Source: Desulfobulbaceae bacterium (GTDB taxonomy: Bacteria > Desulfobacterota > Desulfobulbia > Desulfobulbales > Desulfobulbaceae). From it: 25,878 bases of DNA. The notes beneath the pieces were generated by a model, which worked only from the letters and a program-made list of their open reading frames with translations, ran no database searches and was not told where the DNA came from. How positions within the stretch are numbered: the stretch's first letter is position 1; each line of letters begins with the position of its first letter. The stretch is from contig DAOVTM010000001.1 of NCBI GenBank assembly GCA_030633145.1, positions 1-25,878 of the forward strand. Direction: 5' to 3'. Made by a program: the position numbers and the translations under genes. This document shows positions 15,456-23,935 of the stretch, piece after piece.

Positions 15456-16751
15456 ATGACTTTAAAACAAGAGGCAGAAAAGGGAATCATCACCTCGGAA
15501 ATGGAAAGGGCAGCCTCCTGGGAGGGAGTTGCACCTGTCTATATACAACAGGGTATGGCAGATGGTTCCATTGTCATCCCGAAAAATAAAAACCATGACT
15601 TGAAGGAGATACGGGCAGTGGGCAAGGGAACCCGTACCAAGGTCAACGCCAATATCGGGGCATCTCCCTATCGTTCCGATGTGCAGGAGGAACTGGACAA
15701 ACTGGCAGTGGCAGTACACCGGGGAGCAGACTCGGTCATGGATCTCTCCCTGGGCGCAGATCAAATTCGTATTCGCGAAGCGATCATGGAGGCCTCACCA
15801 GTCATGGTCGGCACTGTTCCCATCTATCAGACCGGTTTTGAGATGTCCGCAGCCAGTCGGGACGTTGCTGAAATGACTATCCAGGATTTCCTCACCACCA
15901 TTGAACGTCAGGCCGAACAGGGGGTGGATTTTATGACCATCCATTCCGGGGTAACCAGGGCGGCCCTCAATGCCATGGAAAAGCAGGGTCGCCATCTGGA
16001 TGTAACCAGCCGGGGCGGTTCCTTTATCATCTCCTGGCTGAGGAAAAACCAGGGGCAGGAAGCACCGTTGTATGAATATTACGACGAGATTCTCGATATC
16101 CTGGCCGCCTTTGATGTGACCATTTCCCTGGGAGACGGTATGCGTCCCGGTGCCACTGTGGATGCCTCGGATCGGGCCCAGCTCACCGAGTTGATCGTGT
16201 TGGGAGAACTCACCCAGCGGGCCTGGGAAAAAGGGGTGCAGGTGATTGTGGAGGGGCCGGGCCATGTCCCGCTCAATAAGGTTACGGAGAACATGACCAT
16301 CCAGAAATCAATCTGCAATAATGCCCCCTTTTATATCCTCGGCCCCCTGGTCACGGACATCGCCAGTGGCTATGATCATATCTCCGGTGCCATTGGTGGC
16401 GCACTGGCGGCCATGAACGGTGCTGATTTCCTCTGCTATGTGACCCCGGCTGAACACCTGAAACTTCCCTCTGTGGATGATGTGGCAGAAGGGGTGATTG
16501 CCTCAAAAATTGCCGCCCATGCGGCAGATCTTGCCCTGGGCATGGAGTATGCCCTGGATATTGAACGTACCATGGCACAGGCCAGAAAGGAGCTGGACTG
16601 GGAAAAACAGATCTCGCTTTCCGTGAATCCTGAAAAGGCGAGGCTCTATAGGGAGGAGAGTATGGTCGGAGACAGTGATGTCTGCACCATGTGTGGTGAA
16701 TTCTGTGCTATCAAACGGCTTCAGGAAACTGGAAACAGAAAGACGGGGTGA
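15456..16751 (+). CDS. thiC: Phosphomethylpyrimidine synthase (short form)
   Basis: TKVNANIG, VMDLS, GTVPIYQ, GVDFMTIH, SRGGS, SLGDGMRPG, EGPGHVP, LCYVTPAEHL, CTMCGEFC; AGGAG RBS gives the start at 15456. Confidence 0.92.
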   Translation: MTLKQEAEKGIITSEMERAASWEGVAPVYIQQGMADGSIVIPKNKNHDLKEIRAVGKGTRTKVNANIGASPYRSDVQEELDKLAVAVHRGADSVMDLSLGADQIRIREAIMEASPVMVGTVPIYQTGFEMSAASRDVAEMTIQDFLTTIERQAEQGVDFMTIHSGVTRAALNAMEKQGRHLDVTSRGGSFIISWLRKNQGQEAPLYEYYDEILDILAAFDVTISLGDGMRPGATVDASDRAQLTELIVLGELTQRAWEKGVQVIVEGPGHVPLNKVTENMTIQKSICNNAPFYILGPLVTDIASGYDHISGAIGGALAAMNGADFLCYVTPAEHLKLPSVDDVAEGVIASKIAAHAADLALGMEYALDIERTMAQARKELDWEKQISLSVNPEKARLYREESMVGDSDVCTMCGEFCAIKRLQETGNRKTG

Positions 16752-16846
16752 AATGGATTTTTAATTTTTATACTCTCCAAGAGAGGAAAAACTCTTTTTG
16801 AATATTGCGTATTTGTGGTATAGAGAACCTGACACTTAAAAAAAAT

Positions 16847-19120
16847 ATGAACGAACAGGTTCCTTATATGAATACAAAATGGAAGGTAATCCTCTCGGTC
16901 ATGCTCCTGATTATGATCATTTGCGTGGTCTTTATCGGTCTGCTTGCCAGAAACTGCCGGATAAACCTGGATGAATTTATTGTGGAACAGGTTAAGAATT
17001 CCAGTATTGTTGCTCAGGTTATTGAAGAGCAACAGAGCCGTCAGTATCGAAAACGAATCAAGAGTTTAATCAATCCCACGACATCACCCGCCCGCGAGCA
17101 GATGTTAGCCGCCTTTGCCCGTCGAGATCGGGAAACCCTGTATCAACTGGTAAAACCTATATTTGAGACCCTGAGCAGGGAGAGCAGGTATCTTTCCACC
17201 CTTGGCTGGGTTTTACCGGATAACCACGCCTTGCTCCGGGTGCATAACCTGAAAAGATATGGTGACGATGTCAGTGCAATGCGGCCTGATATCGTGGCTG
17301 CCAATCGAGAACTCAAACAGTACTCAGGTTATACTGTGGGCTTTCAGGGCTTACAGTATCGTATTGTCCAGCCGGTGCAGTATGAGGGAAAGCATCTCGG
17401 GACTCTCCAACTTGGCCTGGACGACTCTCTTCTCCTTGATCCCATCCGGGACAAACTTGGTCTGCCGGTGTGGCTGGTCGTACCCAACGAACATTTTTCC
17501 TATATCAAGAATTCAGAACTGCTCAACCTGCCTGGTAAGACTCATACTATCCAGGGGAAGGATCTCAGTCTGTTTGAGGGGATGACTGAGTTCCCTGACT
17601 GGTCTTTGCCGCAATACCGAATTGAACACCAGGGGCGTGATTTTATTTTTGTTAAGGTGCTTGATCTGGCTGATTTCAGGGGTGAGGTGGAGGGGGCTGT
17701 TTTTGTTGCCCTGGATGTGAGTGCGGCAGCGATCAGGCGGCAGCAACTGATTGTAATGACTGTTGTTCTGAGCGTTGTTATGCTGTTCTTGTCCTTTCTT
17801 ATTCTCTATACCAGTTATGGAGGTCTGGTTGAGAAGATCGTTAATCTGAACGATTCCCTGGAAAAAAGCAACCATGAGCTTGAAGACCGGGTACGGGAAC
17901 GAACCGGAAAATTGCTTGAGGAGATAGAGCAGCGTAAAGTTGCAGAAAAAGAACGGGCTGTGGCTGTGGAGAAAGCGCAGCGCTCCTGCAAGATGGAGGC
18001 AATTGGTCTGATGGCGGGCGGCGTGGCCCATGATCTCAACAATATTCTCTCCGGGGTGGTGAGCTATCCTGAACTGATCCTCATGCAGCTTTCTGAAGAC
18101 AGTGACCTGCGTAAACCAGTGGAGGCTATTCTCGATTCAGGGCAGCGCGCTGCTATGGTTGTGGCTGACCTGCTCACCGTGGCCAGGGGAGTTGCCTGTG
18201 AGAAGGATGTCGTCAACCTGAATGATCTGCTGGATGAATATATTGATTCTCCTGAATATAAGAAAATCAAGCATAATTTTCCCCAGGTGTCCTGTCAAAT
18301 CGACTGTGACGCAGAGCTGTTCAACTCTTCCTGTTCAGCGGTGCATGTGAAAAAATGTATGATGAACCTGGTCAATAACAGTTTTGAGGCGATTACAGGA
18401 GAGGGTACAATTATTGTCTCCACCCGGAATCAGTATGTGGATAAACCGGTTGCGGAAAATCAATACATGGAACGAGGGGAGTATGTGGTACTGGCTGTGG
18501 CTGATAGCGGCCACGGTATCCCTGATAAGGATATTGATCATATCTTTGAACCGTTTTACACTAAAAAACAGATGGGAAGCAGTGGAACCGGATTAGGGCT
18601 TGCCATTGTCTGGAATACCGTCCACGACCATAACGGAGCAGTGACGGTTGCGAGCAGCGAAAAGGGGACTATCTTTGAGCTTTACTTTCCCGCTGTCCGG
18701 GAGGATGTCAGCAAGCTTTCAGACCATTTTGACCTGGAAGGAGTGAAGGGCAACGGACAGCTGGTGCTGGTGGTTGATGATGAGGAACAGCAGAGGGAGG
18801 TTGTCTGCCAGATGCTTGAGCTCCTTGGCTACCAGGCGGACAGCGCAGCCTCGGGCGAGGAAGCGGTTGCATATATTCAGGAGAAGAAGGTGGACATCCT
18901 GGTTCTTGATATGGTCATGGATCCGGGAATCAATGGGCGGGAAACCTTTGAGCGGATTCTTGAATTTTCGCCAGGGCAAAAGGCAATCATTGCCAGTGGC
19001 TTTTCAGAGACGGCAGAGGTGCAACGGGTTCTGGAACTGGGGGCCTGCCTGTTTATGCGCAAGCCCTATACCATTTATCAGTTCGCTTTGGCTCTGAAGC
19101 AGGGGTTGGAAGAGAAATAA
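16847..19120 (+). CDS. Membrane hybrid sensor histidine kinase (Cache-like sensor, HisKA, HATPase, receiver)
   Basis: Two TM segments, GGVAHDLNNIL H-box, NLVNNS, DSGHGI, FEPFYT, GTGLGLA, LVVDDE, LDMVM, KPY; start uncertain (16805/16847/16868). Confidence 0.92.
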   Translation: MNEQVPYMNTKWKVILSVMLLIMIICVVFIGLLARNCRINLDEFIVEQVKNSSIVAQVIEEQQSRQYRKRIKSLINPTTSPAREQMLAAFARRDRETLYQLVKPIFETLSRESRYLSTLGWVLPDNHALLRVHNLKRYGDDVSAMRPDIVAANRELKQYSGYTVGFQGLQYRIVQPVQYEGKHLGTLQLGLDDSLLLDPIRDKLGLPVWLVVPNEHFSYIKNSELLNLPGKTHTIQGKDLSLFEGMTEFPDWSLPQYRIEHQGRDFIFVKVLDLADFRGEVEGAVFVALDVSAAAIRRQQLIVMTVVLSVVMLFLSFLILYTSYGGLVEKIVNLNDSLEKSNHELEDRVRERTGKLLEEIEQRKVAEKERAVAVEKAQRSCKMEAIGLMAGGVAHDLNNILSGVVSYPELILMQLSEDSDLRKPVEAILDSGQRAAMVVADLLTVARGVACEKDVVNLNDLLDEYIDSPEYKKIKHNFPQVSCQIDCDAELFNSSCSAVHVKKCMMNLVNNSFEAITGEGTIIVSTRNQYVDKPVAENQYMERGEYVVLAVADSGHGIPDKDIDHIFEPFYTKKQMGSSGTGLGLAIVWNTVHDHNGAVTVASSEKGTIFELYFPAVREDVSKLSDHFDLEGVKGNGQLVLVVDDEEQQREVVCQMLELLGYQADSAASGEEAVAYIQEKKVDILVLDMVMDPGINGRETFERILEFSPGQKAIIASGFSETAEVQRVLELGACLFMRKPYTIYQFALALKQGLEEK

Positions 19121-19124
19121 AACC

Positions 19125-20234
19125 TTACACCTTCTCCCTGAGCATAATAACCACCCTCCGGTTTTTCTGCCGTCCCTTTTCGGTAGCATTGGTGGCAGCA
19201 GGATTGGCATAGCCGTACCAGTGGAGGAGGATTCTATCTTTTTTGATGGAATAGTTCTTGAGCAGGTAAGCCCTTGCGCTCTCGGCTCTGCGTTGGGACA
19301 GACCTACATTGTATTTCTCCGCACCTGTGGAGTCGGTGAAACCGGACAGCACGGTATAGGCCAGGGGGGTATCTTCGAGGAATTCACCCAGCTCGTTTAA
19401 GACCGCATAATTTTCCCGTCGCATAAAAGATTTGTCAAAGTCAAAGAGGATGTTGGGAAAGGCTCCGTCTGCTTCCATGTACAGCTTGCCCAGCAGATGG
19501 TCTGGATGGGCGGCCACAGTGTCAAAGTCCAGCACCTGGGAACAGTTGTTCACCCCGGCAATGTCGTACAGTACCTTTTCAGCCTCCTCACTGGTGGCAC
19601 TGCTGACGATATTGAAACAGACATCATAATTTTCTGCCAGCATCTTGGCCTGGGCCACTGGTTCAGGTTCTTCCACCCCCTCAAAGATGGCATCTTCCCC
19701 ATTGGAAAACATGAATATTTCGGTTCTTCCCGGCAGTCCCAGCAGGTACTCCAGCTTCATCAGCGACATCTGCAGCATGGGCGGGCCGGACTTGATTATT
19801 GGCAGCTCCTCCAGGGCTTGAGCAAATTTTTCTTTTTCCCAGTTACTGGTGCGATAATAGGGATGAAAGGTGAAGGGTGAACCGGGCAGCCACATCACAT
19901 TTTTCCAGTGGGGATAGAGACCAGACTGCCAGACCAGCTCCGGCAGGGTGGCGTTGCTCTGGATGAGAATCTCTTTCGATTTCTCCAGCCGGGTCATGCC
20001 GGTGTCCTTGTAGGGGATGGTCATGGCCGTTGAGGGGTCATAAATAATAAAAAAGTTGTAGGCCATGCGGATATACTCACCCTGGTAGCCAGGGGTGTGG
20101 CTTTTATCCAGCTCAAAGGATTTGCGAGATTTCTTGCTGCCTCCCATGGAGACCATCGGTGTCAGCACGAAGAGGACGCAGAGGACAAATAGGATGATTG
20201 GAAATGAGCCTGACTGCATTATTTTTGCTTTCAT
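19125..20234 (-). CDS. OmpA-family protein with an N-terminal vWA-like domain
   Basis: Signal peptide; ILFDFDKS, GFTDSTG, NVGLSQRRA, GRQKNRRV; the vWA call rests only on FIIYDPSTAM and FSNGED. Confidence 0.82.
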   Translation of the reverse strand: MKAKIMQSGSFPIILFVLCVLFVLTPMVSMGGSKKSRKSFELDKSHTPGYQGEYIRMAYNFFIIYDPSTAMTIPYKDTGMTRLEKSKEILIQSNATLPELVWQSGLYPHWKNVMWLPGSPFTFHPYYRTSNWEKEKFAQALEELPIIKSGPPMLQMSLMKLEYLLGLPGRTEIFMFSNGEDAIFEGVEEPEPVAQAKMLAENYDVCFNIVSSATSEEAEKVLYDIAGVNNCSQVLDFDTVAAHPDHLLGKLYMEADGAFPNILFDFDKSFMRRENYAVLNELGEFLEDTPLAYTVLSGFTDSTGAEKYNVGLSQRRAESARAYLLKNYSIKKDRILLHWYGYANPAATNATEKGRQKNRRVVIMLREKV

Positions 20235-20247
20235 TTTTTCTCCTTAT

Positions 20248-20330
20248 CAGAAGCCGGAAGCCAGAGGACAGAAGCCAGATGAGCTTCCTGAATACTTTCT
20301 TGTCCCCTGGTTTCTGGCTTTTGTTTTTTG
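20248..20330. repeat. Inverted pair of 7-mer arrays filling the RNase Z-like/OmpA gap
   Basis: CAGAAGC CGGAAGC CAGAGGA CAGAAGC CAGATGA (20248-20282) facing the reverse complement of CAAAAAA CAAAAGC CAGAAAC CAGGGGA (20303-20330). Confidence 0.75.
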
Positions 20331-21086
20331 TTATAATGTTATCCGGTCACCGGAAACCGGCAACAGGGTGCCAGGTCTGGCCTGGACTATTTTTTTAATC
20401 CGTTCGCTCTCTTTTTTACGCATGGTATGATCCAGGTGAACCAGGGCAATCTGGCCAACTTCGCACTCATCAGCGAGTTGCAGGGAACTGGTGATGGAAC
20501 CGTGGTAGGGAAAGGTATCAACCATATCAAAGGATTCATGGATGGCAAGATCACAGCCGTGGATGAGTTCGCGTACCTGGTTGTTGGAACGACCGTCACC
20601 GCTGTAGTAGAGGCATTTTTTGTCCTCTCCATCGTCCAGGCGCAACCCGAGGTTGTACTGGGAGTGCTGGGTGAGGGCTGTTGACCATTGCAGCCCGCCG
20701 ATGGTTGCTGTCTCCCTGGGACTGATCACCTGAAATTCAATGGAAAAGGTGAGCTTATCTTCAAAACCGGGGTATGCCAACTCCAGGGCATCCAGGGCCT
20801 TCCTTTCCACTCCTTTCTGGCCGACAATGACCAGGGGACGGGTGCGACCCATCAACCAGAGGCGGAGAAAGAGCAGGGGCAGGCCAAGGAAATGATCACC
20901 ATGAAAGTGGGATATCCAGACGTAATCCAGTTCCAGCGAGTCGCTTGCCAGACGAAAATAGTGGTGTGGGACGGAAAAGCCGCAGTCCAGCAGAATCCTG
21001 GTGCCGTTAGCTGTTGTCACCAGGGTGGAGTTGTTGCCGTGTGAACTGTCACATGCCTCACCTACACCAATAAAGAGAATCTCCAC
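20331..21086 (-). CDS. RNase Z-like MBL-fold metallohydrolase
   Basis: ILFIGVGEA, LLDCG, SHFHGDH, YYSGDG, DLAIHES, LVHL; GTG start with GGAGG upstream. Confidence 0.85.
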   Translation of the reverse strand: MEILFIGVGEACDSSHGNNSTLVTTANGTRILLDCGFSVPHHYFRLASDSLELDYVWISHFHGDHFLGLPLLFLRLWLMGRTRPLVIVGQKGVERKALDALELAYPGFEDKLTFSIEFQVISPRETATIGGLQWSTALTQHSQYNLGLRLDDGEDKKCLYYSGDGRSNNQVRELIHGCDLAIHESFDMVDTFPYHGSITSSLQLADECEVGQIALVHLDHTMRKKESERIKKIVQARPGTLLPVSGDRITL

Positions 21087-21208
21087 TGCTCACCCTCCAC
21101 TTTTTTTATATGAAAATGGTTGTTCAGGGGCTTACATTCAAACAACCAGTTTTCATTGTTTGTTGTGAATTGCCCTTTCATGCTGGTTACCGGGAACCTG
21201 CAGTTCCC

Positions 21209-21586
21209 TTATCTTTTCTTAACAGTCATATTTACGGGAAGATCAATGATGGTCTCCACCAGGCCGCCAAAGGTTTTGTCCGCATGGTACCAGGGAGTTT
21301 GACTGATCAACCTTTTTTCTTCGGCCTTTTCGGTCTTTTCGACCTTTTCGGTAATATATGTGTTTGCTTCCTGAAAATCAAGCTGGTTGCGAATAATTGT
21401 GTTGGCGGATTTCGGATGGCAGTCAAAAAGACTGGAGCCGATCAGTTTTTCTCCGCCGTATTTTTTAAAGTTTTCACAGGAAGCACCGTTCATGGCAATG
21501 ATAATGCCCTCTGTATCACTGACAGTGACACCGTGCGGGTAGGATGCTATCCAGTCAAAGGTGTTTTTTTCTTTCATGTTATCCAT
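21209..21586 (-). CDS. Stand-alone PAS-domain protein
   Basis: VTVSDTEGIIIAMN, LIGSSLFDCHP, GGLVE; start at 21586 overlaps the HD gene stop. Confidence 0.7.
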   Translation of the reverse strand: MDNMKEKNTFDWIASYPHGVTVSDTEGIIIAMNGASCENFKKYGGEKLIGSSLFDCHPKSANTIIRNQLDFQEANTYITEKVEKTEKAEEKRLISQTPWYHADKTFGGLVETIIDLPVNMTVKKR

Positions 21587-22205
21587 TGTTGGTTTCAGCC
21601 CCGTAATCCGGCATCGAAGCTGTGGCAAGTTCCGAGTTCAAGTTTTTTACCTCTTCCGTTACCTGGAGGGGAGAAAATTCGAGAAACCTGAATAAAATAG
21701 ATTCAAGCTGTGCGCATTTGTCAAAGTTGGCTCGAATCCGGTCATGAACCCACTCTTCTTCCCCACCGTATCTATCCAGGATATACTCCAGTCGTTCCTC
21801 CAGGGAGACAATGACATCATGGCGCACCCGTTTGTCTGCGTAAAAGACGATTTCCCGGGCTGAAAAAATACCCTGCTCAAACCTTGCAGGGGCATGATCT
21901 TTGAGGATCACATGCTCTTGCACAATTTGCGCAATTTCCGGATACCCGTGATCCAGGCAGATCTCTGCCCCTGTCCGGGCATGGTCACAGGCTCCGTTCA
22001 GACAGGGGGTCTTGGCAATATCATGGAGTAAGGCACCGCTGACACAGAGTTCATGATCTGGCAACCGCACCCTGCGATCAGCCAGCAGACCGGTTGCCAG
22101 CAGTTCACTGATCCGAGCCACCATCAGCGAATGACAGCGGATATTGGGCAGCATCTTGTACTGATCCATGAGCGAGAAACACTCGTCAATATTGGGGAAA
22201 TTCAC
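21579..22205 (-). CDS. HD-domain phosphohydrolase
   Basis: HSLMVA, GALLHDIAK, HARTGA, VQEH, VFYADKRV. Confidence 0.88.
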   Translation of the reverse strand: MNFPNIDECFSLMDQYKMLPNIRCHSLMVARISELLATGLLADRRVRLPDHELCVSGALLHDIAKTPCLNGACDHARTGAEICLDHGYPEIAQIVQEHVILKDHAPARFEQGIFSAREIVFYADKRVRHDVIVSLEERLEYILDRYGGEEEWVHDRIRANFDKCAQLESILFRFLEFSPLQVTEEVKNLNSELATASMPDYGAETNNG

Positions 22206-22211
22206 TCCCGC

Positions 22212-23234
22212 TTATCTTCCGCTGAAACGATGGACGGCATCAACTGCGATACGAGCCTGATCCGGCGGGGTCTGCGGCACTATGCCGTGTCCCAGATTGA
22301 AGATATGCCCCTTGGCATCCTTTGCATCTTCCAGCAGGGTCTTGATCCGTTGCTCCAGCTCTGCTTTAGGCAGGAACAGGGCAATGGGATCAATATTTCC
22401 CTGCACTGCGTGATTGCCGACTCTTTTAATGGCATCTCCAATATTGCTTCTCCAGTCCAGGCCCAGCACATCAGCCCCGGCAGTACAGGAGTGTTCAATC
22501 AGGGTGGAACCGTTGTTGGCAAAATAGATGATGGGAACATCCGTCATTTTGCGCAGGTCGCTGATAATGGACTGGACATAGGGCAGGGCAAATCGCTCAA
22601 AGTCGCAGGGAGCCCAGATACCGGCCCAGGAATCAAAGATCTGCAGGGCCTGGGCCCCGGCTCTGGCCTGTGCCTGGAGGTAGAGGCTGGTACACTCGGT
22701 GATTTTACTGAGCAGGGCGTGATACATCTCCGGCTCCTGGAAGGCCATCCGTTTGGTATTGAGGAACACCTTGGAGGAGCCGCCCTCAATCAGATACGTT
22801 GCCAGGGTAAACGGGGCCCCGGAAAAACCGATCAGGGGAACCTTGAGTTCCTTGCGTAGGAGTTTGATGGTCTCCATGACAAAGGGCATGGTCTCGTTGG
22901 GATCCGGCACAATCAGTTTATCCACGGCTGCCTGACTGCGTATTGGCTCGGGAAAGACTGGCCCGCGCCCTTCGTGGAATTCCAGGGGTGATCCCATGGC
23001 TTCCATGGCGATCAGGATGTCTGAAAAGAGGATTGCCGCATCAAAGCCGAAGATGTCAATGGGCTGGAGGGTGACCTCGGTACAGAGTTCCGGTCGTTTG
23101 CACAGCTCAAGAAAGGAGATCTTGCCGCGTATGGCCTGGTACTCGGGCAGGTATCGTCCAGCCTGTCGCATGAACCAGACAGGGGTATAATCGGTTTTTT
23201 CGCCTCGACAGGCTTTTAAGAAGGTATCGTTCAT
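22212..23234 (-). CDS. hemE: Uroporphyrinogen decarboxylase
   Basis: PVWFMRQAGRYLPEY, DAAILFSDIL, LIGFSGAPFTLATY, QIFDSWAG, QGNIDP, HIFNLGHGI. Confidence 0.97.
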   Translation of the reverse strand: MNDTFLKACRGEKTDYTPVWFMRQAGRYLPEYQAIRGKISFLELCKRPELCTEVTLQPIDIFGFDAAILFSDILIAMEAMGSPLEFHEGRGPVFPEPIRSQAAVDKLIVPDPNETMPFVMETIKLLRKELKVPLIGFSGAPFTLATYLIEGGSSKVFLNTKRMAFQEPEMYHALLSKITECTSLYLQAQARAGAQALQIFDSWAGIWAPCDFERFALPYVQSIISDLRKMTDVPIIYFANNGSTLIEHSCTAGADVLGLDWRSNIGDAIKRVGNHAVQGNIDPIALFLPKAELEQRIKTLLEDAKDAKGHIFNLGHGIVPQTPPDQARIAVDAVHRFSGR

Positions 23235-23258
23235 TTTTTGGTTATCTTTGGTTGGTGG

Positions 23259-23672
23259 TTAGCTGTTTACTTCATTTTCCCAGTCTTCTAAAAGCAGATT
23301 TTTAACTCTGATAAATTCTCGAGTATTATTGGAGACTAATGTCACATTTTGTGAAACAGCAATTGCGGCAATGAGTAGATCGTTTGGTCCAATAGGCGTT
23401 CCTGCTCTCTCTAATATAGATCGAATAGTTCCGTAGGTCTCTGCGGCGTGATCATCAAAGGGTAATGAAACAAAGCGGTTAAGAAATTGTTGTTGCTTTG
23501 CCAAGTTCTGTTCAGGGTGCTGACTTTTCATGGCTCCATAAAAGAGTTCAGCCTTAACTACAGCACAGACCGCAATGTCTTGCTCTTGAGTGGCTTCAAC
23601 ATGCTGACGAATCATGTTAGATGTCCCGTTCAAATACTTGATACAGGTATTTGTATCGAGTAAGTAGGTCAT
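23259..23672 (-). CDS. vapC: VapC-type PIN-domain toxin
   Basis: YLLDTNTCI, VVKAELFYGA, PIGPNDLLIAAIA, LVSNNTREF, LEDW. Confidence 0.93.
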   Translation of the reverse strand: MTYLLDTNTCIKYLNGTSNMIRQHVEATQEQDIAVCAVVKAELFYGAMKSQHPEQNLAKQQQFLNRFVSLPFDDHAAETYGTIRSILERAGTPIGPNDLLIAAIAVSQNVTLVSNNTREFIRVKNLLLEDWENEVNS

Positions 23673-23935
23673 TGAATAGCCTCACGAACTTCAAAAACAC
23701 CTTGTTTTCCTCGTTTTATGGGATCGTCTGCTAAACAGCCGTATGTTTTGTTGATAAAGGCGAGCCATTCCTGGGTCTCTTGTACTTGTATTGGACTTAC
23801 TGAAGATTGATTTTCAGCTATCATACATTCTGGACTCTGTGCATATTCAAACACTTGAATTATCCGATATAAGACATCAAGATACTCATCCTGTACATTA
23901 TCAATTTTTATTTTAAGACGTTCTTTTGTTATCAT
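23669..23935 (-). CDS. Probable cognate antitoxin (88 aa), the C-terminal part of the 507-aa ORF
   Basis: Internal ATG at 23935 (MITKERLKIKIDNVQDEYLDVLYRII...FINKTYGCLADDPIKRGKQGVFEVREAIQ); 4-nt overlap with vapC; only a weak RBS. Confidence 0.65.
   Translation of the reverse strand: MITKERLKIKIDNVQDEYLDVLYRIIQVFEYAQSPECMIAENQSSVSPIQVQETQEWLAFINKTYGCLADDPIKRGKQGVFEVREAIQ

Noticed and set aside
15456-16751. BzaA/B/F (benzimidazole synthesis) instead of ThiC
   Set aside because: TPP riboswitch and thi4/thiE context, with no cobalamin genes nearby; a phylogeny would settle it
20343-20380. 7-mer-like periodicity in the last codons of the RNase Z-like gene
   Set aside because: The peptide (LLPVSGDRITL) looks like a normal MBL-hydrolase C-terminus, so the periodicity may be coincidental
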